DNA of 38,834 nt from an uncultured Dehalogenimonas sp. (GTDB lineage: Bacteria > Chloroflexota > Dehalococcoidia > Dehalococcoidales > Dehalococcoidaceae). Of this stretch, positions 1 through 7,812 are shown one piece after another (position 1 is the first letter of the stretch; each line of letters begins with the position of its first letter). The notes below the pieces were generated by a model. That model did not search any database. It was not told where the DNA came from and saw only the letters and a list, made by a program, of their open reading frames with translations. The DNA lies in NCBI GenBank assembly GCA_964528105.1, contig CAZGRY010000002.1, positions 1-38,834 on the forward strand, given 5' to 3'. A program made the translations under genes and the position numbers.

Positions 1-162
1 GCCATCCATGGCAAGAAGGACGTCCTGTCTGGCCTCAAGGAAAACGTCATCATCGGCAAGCTTATCCCGGCGCAGTGCCAGTCCTGCCGCGAGGCCACCG
101 CTGACAAGGCTGCCGCGCTCGAAGCCGCCAAGATGGTTCAGCTGGAGCAGCCGGTCCTCTAG
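1..162 (+). CDS. rpoC: DNA-directed RNA polymerase subunit beta', C-terminal end (5' truncated by window)
   Basis: Frame 1 reads AIHGKKDVLSGLKENVIIGKLIPAQ...PVL* (TAG 160-162). GLKENVIIGKLIPA is the conserved RpoC C-terminal motif. Not in the ORF track. Confidence 0.95.
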   Translation, partial: AIHGKKDVLSGLKENVIIGKLIPAQCQSCREATADKAAALEAAKMVQLEQPVL

Positions 163-180
163 TATCTCGACCGAGTTGAA

Positions 181-215
181 AAGGGGAGGGCGTGAAAACG
201 CCCTCCCCTTTTTTT
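181..215 (+). terminator. Rho-independent terminator after rpoC
   Basis: aaggggagggcgt-gaaa-acgccctcccctt perfect 13-bp stem followed by a T-run. Confidence 0.93.
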
Positions 216-222
216 AACTGTT

Positions 223-332
223 GAGGGGCGATCCTTCGGCTGAAAGATTGGTAGCCCTCCTCGCCCGTAGTTGCGAGGAGTCCTTCGGCTGGAGGACAAG
301 CCTGCTCTGAGCCAGCCGAAGGGAAGCAATCT
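223..332. repeat. Cluster of REP-like palindromic elements
   Basis: Hairpins ctcctcgc/gcgaggag and ccttcggctgg(282-292)/ccagccgaagg(312-322). ccttcggct occurs twice. Framed by ttgcgaggag...gaagcaatct. Confidence 0.55.
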
Positions 333-655
333 TTGTTCGTACTCAGGGGATTGGGACGTCGCGCGCACGGTTCGTCGGTGTGAGGCTTCGCCTGAGCCCG
401 GTCTCCTTTTCGGCTCGTGATGGTCGTCCCATAATACAGGACCGACACTCTACCCGACATTCCATTTTCGAGTCCCGATTTTCCATTTTGGGGTGGTTCA
501 AACTTAGCTACTGCCACGCGATATGAAACACATATTACATAATACCTATTGTATTCGCCTTTCCAGTCGGTGTATGATGCTCCAGTGGATCATTATGGGG
601 CGGGGACTGTACCCCCGTCGCCAGCGAACTATCCGACGGAGAGACACAATAACAA

Positions 656-1435
656 ATGATGACACGTCACGCGACCGCCCATCGTATCGTAGCAACTATA
701 GTATTTTCAGTATTATTCGGTTCTCTATTCGCAACGCCGTTTGATGTGATGGCCCAGTCGCCCAGCCAATACCAGCTTGTCGGCGTCAATTTATCGGGGA
801 CGTTGCCCTGGATGGATTATGAAGAAGCCGGGAGAGACGTCGACGGTAAAACAATTACCGATGGCAAGTTGAGCACCCCGGAGGGTAGGCTGACACTCAC
901 CATTCCGGCTGGTACGTTTATCCGTAATGCTATTGGGCAGACTCAACCATTCATCTCGGCCACCCAGTTCGCGGAACCACCTCCGGCTCCGGCGCAACAG
1001 AAAGTCCTCTTCGCCTACTCGTTGGGTACCGCGGGGGCTACATTTAACCCGACCGTCGGCATGAGCTTTTTATATTATGGTATTGCCCTGCCGCAGGGTG
1101 TTGGTGAAAATAGCTTGTTTATTGCTTCATGGAACGGTACGGAGTGGGCGAAATTGTCTAGCAGCATAGACACCGCGGCCAAGACCGTATCTACGACGAT
1201 ATCCAGTTTCACCACCTATGCGTTGATGGCGAACCTCCAGCCACCGGCTACCACAACGGCTCCGCCGCCAACTACAACCACCAGCCAACCAACGACAACG
1301 CCGGTAACCACCACCATGATACCGACATCTCCTGCGGATACCTCGGAACCGAAGTCCAATTCGATGATTATTATTCTTGGGGCTGGAGCTTTAGCGCTGG
1401 TTCTGGTGCTGGTACTGCTGGCCAGGAAGAGATGA
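656..1435 (+). CDS. Secreted, C-terminally membrane-anchored surface protein with Pro/Thr-rich linker (hypothetical)
   Basis: N-terminal basic + hydrophobic signal segment, beta-rich domain ending WNGTEW...ISSFTTYAL, PPATTTAPPPTTTT linker, C-terminal TM helix and RKR tail. Confidence 0.8.
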   Translation: MMTRHATAHRIVATIVFSVLFGSLFATPFDVMAQSPSQYQLVGVNLSGTLPWMDYEEAGRDVDGKTITDGKLSTPEGRLTLTIPAGTFIRNAIGQTQPFISATQFAEPPPAPAQQKVLFAYSLGTAGATFNPTVGMSFLYYGIALPQGVGENSLFIASWNGTEWAKLSSSIDTAAKTVSTTISSFTTYALMANLQPPATTTAPPPTTTTSQPTTTPVTTTMIPTSPADTSEPKSNSMIIILGAGALALVLVLVLLARKR

Positions 1436-1480
1436 GATAGTTTCTTCAGCGGATGCTAATGCCCGTACTTAGCCTAATTG

Positions 1481-1489
1481 TGCTATAAT
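1481..1489 (+). promoter_or_regulatory. Extended -10 promoter (TGcTATAAT) for ruvB
   Basis: tgctataat ends 10 nt before the ATG at 1500. No Shine-Dalgarno in between. Confidence 0.65.
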
Positions 1490-1499
1490 CCATCAACTT

Positions 1500-2546
1500 A
1501 TGACTGAACGCATCACCTCCAGCCAGCCCGCCGCTGACGACACAAAGCTGGACACCAGCCTCAGGCCGCGGTCACTCGACGATTTCATCGGCCAGGCCAA
1601 GATCAAGGACAACCTGGCGGTGACCATGATGGCCGCCCGCGGCCGCAAGGAAGCCCTCGACCACGTGCTTTTATACGGGCCGCCCGGATTGGGCAAGACC
1701 ACACTCGCCTACATCATCGCCCACGGCATGGAGGTCAACATTCGCATCACCTCCGGCCCGGCCATCGAGCGCCCGGGGGATCTGGCCGCCATCCTCACCG
1801 GGCTGCAGCCGCATGATGTTCTCTTTATCGATGAGATCCACCGCCTCGGCCGCACCGTGGAGGAGATCCTTTATCCGGCGATGGAGGACTTTGCTCTCGA
1901 TATCGTTATCGGCAAGGGCCCCGGCGCGAAGAGCCTGCGCCTGAAACTGCCGCCTTTCACCCTTATCGGGGCAACGACGCGATATGCCATGCTCTCCTCG
2001 CCGCTGCGCGATCGTTTCGGCGCCGTGTACCGCCTGGATTTCTACACCGACGGCGACGTCGAGGCCATACTGCGGCGGTCGGCCGAAATTCTCGGCGTCC
2101 AGGCTGATGCAGCCGGATTGAAAGAGATCGCCTGCCGCGCTAGAGGCACGCCGCGGGTTGCTAACCGCCTACTCAAGCGCGTGCGCGACTACGCCCAGGT
2201 GCGGGGCAAGGGCGTTATCGATCGCGATATCGCGATGATCGCACTGGGACGATTAGAGGTGGATGCCGTCGGGCTGGATAACATCGACCACCAGTTGCTC
2301 AAGGCGATCATCGAGAAATTTTCCGGCGGGCCGGTCGGCCTGGAGACTTTAGCGGCGGCTATCTCCGAGGACACCGATACCATCATGGATATTTACGAGC
2401 CGTACCTGATGCAGCTTGGCTTCCTGGAACGTACCCCCCGCGGCCGCGTCGCCACCCGCCGCGCCTACGACCACCTCGGCTTGAAATACCCAAAGTCCCG
2501 GATGACCGTTGATGATGCACCGCCACCCCAGGGTTCGCTGCTGTAG
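1500..2546 (+). CDS. ruvB: Holliday junction branch migration helicase RuvB
   Basis: [12 protein letters not shown], Walker [47 protein letters not shown]. Confidence 0.98.
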   Translation: MTERITSSQPAADDTKLDTSLRPRSLDDFIGQAKIKDNLAVTMMAARGRKEALDHVLLYGPPGLGKTTLAYIIAHGMEVNIRITSGPAIERPGDLAAILTGLQPHDVLFIDEIHRLGRTVEEILYPAMEDFALDIVIGKGPGAKSLRLKLPPFTLIGATTRYAMLSSPLRDRFGAVYRLDFYTDGDVEAILRRSAEILGVQADAAGLKEIACRARGTPRVANRLLKRVRDYAQVRGKGVIDRDIAMIALGRLEVDAVGLDNIDHQLLKAIIEKFSGGPVGLETLAAAISEDTDTIMDIYEPYLMQLGFLERTPRGRVATRRAYDHLGLKYPKSRMTVDDAPPPQGSLL

Positions 2547-2625
2547 CGGCGACGTCCATCAGCAGAAGGATCGCCCAGAGCATCCATTGTCGTAAAAATA
2601 TCGCACCAAAAACGACACGAGACGC

Positions 2626-2657
2626 TTGACAACCGTAAAGAACGGGTGTGCTATAAT
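2626..2657 (+). promoter_or_regulatory. Sigma70-type promoter upstream of queH-rimI
   Basis: TGcTATAAT at 2649-2657. TTGACA at 2626-2631, with a 20-nt spacer that is longer than optimal. Confidence 0.55.
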
Positions 2658-2889
2658 ATGTCTTCAACCACCAGACGCGCGGCACAAAGCATGGCATCGG
2701 TCGGAACCGGGAGAACCCATTGACTCGCATTATGGACCATGGTTAATAAAAACGAATCCCGCGATTGAACTGAACGTAATTATGGGCGATTCGTTTCAGA
2801 AAATAAGGTTTTTCGGAGCAAAAAACAATTCGTCGTGCAGCCTAATTGTTTCAATTGTTTTCCGCGTAGAAAACCTGTAAGCCGGCACA

Positions 2890-3438
2890 ATGAGTAAATT
2901 ATTGGTCCACTGCTGCTGCGTCCACTGCTCGGCCTATACTCTTAACTACTGGCGGGAGCAGGGCTACGAGGTCACCGCCTATTGGTACAACCCCAATATC
3001 CACCCTTTTCTGGAGCACCAGCGGCGGCTCGAGGCGCTCAAGTCCATGGTCGAAAAAGAGGGTATTCCTCTGGTCATCGAGCCGGGCTACGAGATGGACC
3101 GCTACTTCCGCGCCGTCGTCGGCGATGAAGAAGAGCGCTGCCGCCACTGCTACCGGATCCGCCTGGAACATGTCGCCGGTTACGCCGCGGCCCATGGCTA
3201 CGACGCCTTTACCTCCAGCCTGCTGATCAGCCCGCAACAGAACCACGACCTCATTGTCGAAGTCGCCATGACCACCGAAGCCTCCTCGGGGGTGAAGTTT
3301 GCCTACACAGATCTACGCAAGCGCTACTCAGACAGCCGCCGACTGACCAAGCCGCTGGAGCTCTACCGGCAGCAGTACTGCGGTTGCCTTTACAGCGAAT
3401 TTGAACGTTACCGGGATGAATCGGCAGGCCCAAAATAA
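2890..3438 (+). CDS. queH: Epoxyqueuosine reductase QueH (DUF208)
   Basis: LLVHCCCVHCS, YNPNIHP, RCRHCYRIRL, FTSSLLISP, YRQQYCGCLYS. Confidence 0.9.
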   Translation: MSKLLVHCCCVHCSAYTLNYWREQGYEVTAYWYNPNIHPFLEHQRRLEALKSMVEKEGIPLVIEPGYEMDRYFRAVVGDEEERCRHCYRIRLEHVAGYAAAHGYDAFTSSLLISPQQNHDLIVEVAMTTEASSGVKFAYTDLRKRYSDSRRLTKPLELYRQQYCGCLYSEFERYRDESAGPK

Positions 3439-3489
3439 TGGTAGGCAAGGTCGAAACCCTGTGCTAGAATGCTAAACAAGAAAATCGCC

Positions 3490-4092
3490 ATGCAATATAT
3501 TATGCGCCCCATGACCCGCGATGACATTGCCCAGGTGACGGCCATTGACCGTGAAGCCTTCCCCACCATGTGGCCGCCGATGAATTATCATCGGGAACTG
3601 GAAAATCACCTGGCGCACTATTTCGTCGCAGTTAAAGCCGATGAATCGGTCACAACGACGGACACTTCCGCGCCGGCTGAAGGTCTGGCCCAACGTGTAA
3701 AGGAGTGGTTTTCACCTCATCAGACGGAGGGGCGCCCGGATAAGGTGGTCGGATTCGCCGGATTCTGGATGATGGCCGGAGAAGCCCACATTATTAGCCT
3801 TGCGGTTAAACGGGAGTTCCGGAGGCGCGGCCTGGGGAAACTGCTTTTAATCGACCTTGTGCTGGAGGCGGCCAAACGCGAGGCGGAGATCGTGACTCTT
3901 GAGGTGCGCGTCTCCAACTATGAAGCACAGCGGTTATATTTAAAGTATGGCTTTATCAGTAAAGGCGTACGGCGAGCGTATTACACTGACAACCGCGAAG
4001 ATGCCCTGATCATGACCCTGGACGACGCGAATACCAAAGACTGCATCGCCAAGTTTGATACAGCCAAGTGTGCCCTGAAACTCGCTGATTAG
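3490..4092 (+). CDS. rimI: Ribosomal-protein-alanine N-acetyltransferase RimI (GNAT)
   Basis: RPMTRDDI..V.AIDREAF, EAHIISLAV..RRRGLG, TLEVRVSN..AQRLY.KYGF...GVRRAYY.DNREDALIM. Start at ATG 3490 preferred because TGcTAGAAT (3462-3470) overlaps the 3469 ATG. Confidence 0.9.
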   Translation: MQYIMRPMTRDDIAQVTAIDREAFPTMWPPMNYHRELENHLAHYFVAVKADESVTTTDTSAPAEGLAQRVKEWFSPHQTEGRPDKVVGFAGFWMMAGEAHIISLAVKREFRRRGLGKLLLIDLVLEAAKREAEIVTLEVRVSNYEAQRLYLKYGFISKGVRRAYYTDNREDALIMTLDDANTKDCIAKFDTAKCALKLAD

Positions 4093-4286
4093 AGCGGACG
4101 GACCAAAGTCTCCGCGGCGAGCTTTCCCCCTGACGCCCAGTTATGCTTGGGCACATCGCGGAATATGATGGTTACTTTCTCCGGCGCGGTGCCGATCTTG
4201 ACGAACTCGCTGGTGATGCCCTCGACCAGTTGTTTCTTTTGGGCGATGGAACGCCCTTCTTGCATTTCGACAATGACGACAGGCAT
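4089..4286 (-). CDS. 4-oxalocrotonate tautomerase family protein
   Basis: 65 aa with catalytic Pro after Met (PVVIVEMQEGRS), and V.IIF.DVPKHNWASGG. Confidence 0.9.
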   Translation of the reverse strand: MPVVIVEMQEGRSIAQKKQLVEGITSEFVKIGTAPEKVTIIFRDVPKHNWASGGKLAAETLVRPL

Positions 4287-4619
4287 TCAAGCCTCCTCGG
4301 GGATTTTCTTCAATGCGATAGGGCAGGTCTGCCAGTCGCCGTGGACATCCGGCGCGGCGATGATCAGACCCCAGAGGTCATCGATGCCGCTCCGGGTAAA
4401 ATGCCACCAGTGAGTGAAGCGTGGGGGTATGCCGCGGGTCCGGAAAACCGCTTCTTCGACGCCGATGGTCTGGAGCATGAGGGCTGGCCATTCGGCGAAG
4501 CCGCCTTCAGGCTTGGACAAGCTGATGCTCACCTGCTTGCCAAGCCAGTCTATCTCTAACAAGACGACGCTGGAGTGGTCGGCCCCGGGCAGATGGGCTT
4601 CACCGCGAAATGTCTCCAT
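4287..4619 (-). CDS. Hypothetical protein (110 aa)
   Basis: ORF packed between neighbours on the same strand (0 and 9 nt gaps). No recognised motif. Confidence 0.7.
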   Translation of the reverse strand: METFRGEAHLPGADHSSVVLLEIDWLGKQVSISLSKPEGGFAEWPALMLQTIGVEEAVFRTRGIPPRFTHWWHFTRSGIDDLWGLIIAAPDVHGDWQTCPIALKKIPEEA

Positions 4620-4628
4620 CCCGACGTA

Positions 4629-4850
4629 TTATTTCCCGCTGCGGGTGCGTTTCTTGGCCTCTTGCTCCTGTTCGAAGCGGGCTAGTTCGGCGTCGTCCAT
4701 CGGCTCGCAGCTTATCAGGCGATTGTTTTCGAGGTTAATCTTCAGCATTGACCGGCATTTCCAGCATTTGTAAGGACCGATGTAATAGGGATCGGTAATC
4801 GAAAAACCACCATTCGTGTTGCATTTGGGACAGATTATATTGACCAGCAT
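4629..4850 (-). CDS. Small zinc-ribbon protein (CPKC...CWKC)
   Basis: Two CxxC pairs. ATG 4850 is preceded by SD-like GAGAGG. The ORF track start at 4874 is an alternative. Putative TGcTAACAT at 4914-4906. Confidence 0.75.
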   Translation of the reverse strand: MLVNIICPKCNTNGGFSITDPYYIGPYKCWKCRSMLKINLENNRLISCEPMDDAELARFEQEQEAKKRTRSGK

Positions 4851-4935
4851 GGCAGTCTTCCTCTCTTCAGGCAAATATCAGCCGTATGACCGAATATTGT
4901 CATTTATGTTAGCAGTTTGAACAGTGTATAACAAA

Positions 4936-5595
4936 TTAAGCCGGCTTCTTGATCAAGAGACAGATATTACGCGAGAATTGTTTAATAGGAAAGGTGAACC
5001 TGGATTCCGCTTTCGAGGAAATAATTGAGAACCCGCAGATACGAACGAGTTGTTCGATCTCACCGAATGTAAAAAGATGGTAGAATCGCTGAATCACTTC
5101 GTCACTCGTCTGCCACGGGACATAAGTGTCGCGGTGCTTCAACCAGAACCGCGGCTGGCAGGCATTCCACACGGTGATGTAAGCTTCGGCGCCGGGCCTG
5201 AGAACGCGGTACAATTCGAGAAGCGCCTGACGCTGATCCTTTTTTCCTTTGACATGGTGCAGACTGGCTACCGCGATCGAATGGTCGAAATATGCATCAG
5301 GGTAGGGCAGAGCGCGCATATCACCCTGGTTGAGATTAACAATCAGGCCGTGCTTTACGGCAAATTTATGTGCGTACTTAAGCATCCCCGACGAGATATC
5401 CAGGCCGAGTAACTCAAAACCGTCTTTGAACGGCAGGAAATCGGCGCCGTGACCGCAGCCGAGGTTGAGCAGCCGACCGCATTTCCACCGACGGGCAAGG
5501 TCGTCCAGCTCGGTTTTGAAAATGGTGTGGTGGCGGTAGTTGTACCAGCCGGCAGCAATTTTATCGAATGGGGCGGGAGTATTGTTAATTGACAT
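4936..5595 (-). CDS. Class I SAM-dependent methyltransferase, Trm9/ALKBH8-like (putative tRNA cm5U34 carboxyl methyltransferase)
   Basis: Motif I LNLGCGHG, LGLDIS, GDMRALPY. Trm9-like motifs FDKIA, FDHSIAVASLHH, YITVWN..Q, DTYVPW, RFYHLF..GEI. The MTase call is firm; the Trm9 assignment is inferred. Confidence 0.8.
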   Translation of the reverse strand: MSINNTPAPFDKIAAGWYNYRHHTIFKTELDDLARRWKCGRLLNLGCGHGADFLPFKDGFELLGLDISSGMLKYAHKFAVKHGLIVNLNQGDMRALPYPDAYFDHSIAVASLHHVKGKKDQRQALLELYRVLRPGAEAYITVWNACQPRFWLKHRDTYVPWQTSDEVIQRFYHLFTFGEIEQLVRICGFSIISSKAESRFTFPIKQFSRNICLLIKKPA

Positions 5596-5602
5596 AAATC
5601 AC

Positions 5603-5639
5603 TTCAAAGGACGATTCACCTGCGGTATAATGGAGTATA
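5603..5639. promoter_or_regulatory. Overlapping divergent promoters of the methyltransferase/elp3 pair
   Basis: Plus strand: TTCAAA(5603-5608)-17 nt-TATAAT(5626-5631). Minus strand: TATACT (5639-5634). Confidence 0.5.
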
Positions 5640-5640
5640 G

Positions 5641-7017
5641 ATGAAAAAGCTTACCCGAACAATCTCCGGTGTGACGCCGGTAGCTGTGATGAGTCGGCCG
5701 GCGCCATGCCCCGGTAACTGTGTCTATTGCCCGGATTTTCCAAATACGCCGCGCAGCTATACGCCGCACTCACCGGCGGTCATGCGCGCTGCCGCCTGCG
5801 ATTATGACGCTGCCACCCAGACTGAACTGCGATTGCGCGTTTTAACCGGCATGGGCCATCCGACCGATAAGGTGGAGCTTATCGTGATGGGGGGAACCTT
5901 CCTGGCAACGCCGGTCGAATACCAGAATAATTTTATCCTTGGTTGTTTTGATGCCCTGAATGATAGCCAAAGCGAATCCCTTGGGGAAGCTCAATCATTG
6001 AACGAGAAGGCCGAGCGGCGGGCTGTGGGACTTTGTATCGAAACACGGCCTGATGTCTGCGGCGATGCCGAAATCGGGCGGATGATAGCCTGGGGCACGA
6101 CGCGGGTCGAACTCGGAGTTCAAACTCTCGATGATGGAATTTATGGTATGGTCAGGCGGGGACACGATGTCTCCGCAGTGGCTCAGGCGACGGCCAGGCT
6201 TCGCCAGGCGGGGTTGAAAGTGCACTATCACTGGATGCCGGGTCTGCCCGGCTCAACGCCCGAAAAGGATCTGGAAATGACCCGAAGATTGTTCGATGAT
6301 CCGGCTTTCCGGCCGGATGGCATAAAGATTTATCCGACGATGGTAGTAGAACATACTGAATTGGAGCAGTGGCACCAGCAGGGCCGGTATGTGCCGTACC
6401 TCGATGAGGTGATGACCGACCTAATCGCCGAGATGAAGAAAGTTGTCCCGCCTTATGTGCGCATCTCGCGTGTACTTCGGGACATTCCCGCGGAATACAT
6501 CAGCGGCGGGCTCAAACATTCGATGCGTGACGGGGTACAGCAACGGTTAAGCGACGCGGGCATCAAATGCAGATGTATTCGGTGCCGGGAATTCGGTCAT
6601 CGATACCGCAAAACAGGTTCAGTCACCGAACCTGCGTTGCGGCGCTTAGAATATGAAGCCGCAGGCGGTAAAGAGATATTCCTGTCCTACGAGGACGATA
6701 ATGATACGCTCTACGGGCTGTTGAGACTACGAATTCAGAACACACTGCCGTCTAATTTCAGATTATTGAACGGCAGGGTAGCCTTGATCCGGGAACTTCA
6801 TGTATACGGCTCGGAACTCGAATTCGGGGTCCGGGATGGCGAATCCGCCCAGCACCGGGGCTACGGCCGGGAGCTCGTTAGGGAAGCTGAACGAATCGCC
6901 TGGGAAGAAGCCGATGCAAGGTACATGGCGGTGCTTTCAGGCGTCGGTGCCCGCGCTTACTACAGAGAACTGGGGTACGAATTCGATTCCGGATACATGG
7001 TCAAGGATATCAAATAA
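5641..7017 (+). CDS. elp3: Elongator-type radical SAM/GNAT tRNA U34 carboxymethyltransferase Elp3
   Basis: RTISGVTPVAVM, CPGNCVYCP, KVELIVMGGTF, IETRPD, RVELGVQ, KIYPT, RISRVLRDIP, CRCIRCRE, IRELHVYG, QHRGYG, SGVGARAYY. Confidence 0.96.
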   Translation: MKKLTRTISGVTPVAVMSRPAPCPGNCVYCPDFPNTPRSYTPHSPAVMRAAACDYDAATQTELRLRVLTGMGHPTDKVELIVMGGTFLATPVEYQNNFILGCFDALNDSQSESLGEAQSLNEKAERRAVGLCIETRPDVCGDAEIGRMIAWGTTRVELGVQTLDDGIYGMVRRGHDVSAVAQATARLRQAGLKVHYHWMPGLPGSTPEKDLEMTRRLFDDPAFRPDGIKIYPTMVVEHTELEQWHQQGRYVPYLDEVMTDLIAEMKKVVPPYVRISRVLRDIPAEYISGGLKHSMRDGVQQRLSDAGIKCRCIRCREFGHRYRKTGSVTEPALRRLEYEAAGGKEIFLSYEDDNDTLYGLLRLRIQNTLPSNFRLLNGRVALIRELHVYGSELEFGVRDGESAQHRGYGRELVREAERIAWEEADARYMAVLSGVGARAYYRELGYEFDSGYMVKDIK

Positions 7018-7041
7018 AACCACTATTAACCGCTCTATCAA

Positions 7042-7070
7042 TTGACAAAAAATAGCCCATGGGATATCAT
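7042..7070 (+). promoter_or_regulatory. Promoter P1 of hdr-mvh operon
   Basis: TTGACA(7042-7047)-17 nt-TATCAT(7065-7070). Confidence 0.7.
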
Positions 7071-7146
7071 CAGTTTGTATCGTACTTAAGATATAGTACC
7101 TCCAATATTCAGACCCAAAATGTATCCGTTGAATATTGAATCCCGA

Positions 7147-7176
7147 TTGACAACGGTACTAGGTCTACGATACGAT
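7147..7176 (+). promoter_or_regulatory. Promoter P2 of hdr-mvh operon
   Basis: TTGACA(7147-7152)-18 nt-TACGAT(7171-7176). Confidence 0.6.
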
Positions 7177-7221
7177 TAATCGCCCCAGACCTATAACTTA
7201 AGATATAAAGGCGCATAAGTC

Positions 7222-7812
7222 ATGACCGAAGCGAAGACCTTGCCCGAATATGAGTTAGTGCCTGGTCATATCAGTGAATTCGCCTCTGGTATCAAAGCAC
7301 TCCACGGCGTCGATGTGAACATGTGTTACCTGTGCCGCAAATGCACCAGCGGCTGTCCCCTGTCAGAATTCATGGATTTGACCCCAACGCAGGTGATTCA
7401 TGCAGTACGTCTTGGTCTGAAAGAAAAGGTACTGAATTCCAACACTTACTGGTTATGTGTTGCCTGTGGCACTTGCACAGCGCGCTGCCCCCAAGAAACA
7501 GGACTGCTGAAAATCATGGACGCTCTGGCTAATATCGCGATTAAGGATGGTATAACACCTAAAGAACCGGCTATCGCCGAGTTCTACAAAACTGGTTTAT
7601 CGATCGTGAAGAACTTTGGAATGATGTATGAAGCCGGCGTCGCCGGGCTGCTGAGCCTGAAAATGGGCACTGTCGGCAGGGATGCCAACATGGGCTTACG
7701 CATGTTGAAAAAAGGCAAACTGGACGTACTTCCGCATTATCAGAACTCCCGCGAAATGAAAAAACTATTCAAGAAAATCGCCAAGAAAGAACAGGGACTA
7801 GCTCGGTCGTGA
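7222..7812 (+). CDS. hdrC: Heterodisulfide reductase subunit C-like 2x[4Fe-4S] protein
   Basis: CYLCRKCTSGCP and WLCVACGTCTARCP. Lies directly before hdrB. Confidence 0.92.
   Translation: MTEAKTLPEYELVPGHISEFASGIKALHGVDVNMCYLCRKCTSGCPLSEFMDLTPTQVIHAVRLGLKEKVLNSNTYWLCVACGTCTARCPQETGLLKIMDALANIAIKDGITPKEPAIAEFYKTGLSIVKNFGMMYEAGVAGLLSLKMGTVGRDANMGLRMLKKGKLDVLPHYQNSREMKKLFKKIAKKEQGLARS

Noticed and set aside
62-517. 151-aa minus-strand ORF and 8-217 plus ORF
   Set aside because: Both overlap the rpoC end and its terminator, and the minus ORF also spans the palindromic repeats. No protein-like features.
1240-1330. acc/aca-rich low-complexity stretch as a tandem repeat or CRISPR
   Set aside because: It encodes the Pro/Thr linker. 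No regularly spaced repeat-spacer array or cas gene was seen anywhere in the window.
2626-2880. 84-aa ORF upstream of queH
   Set aside because: Its TTG start is the -35 box and it spans the promoter. No SD or motif.
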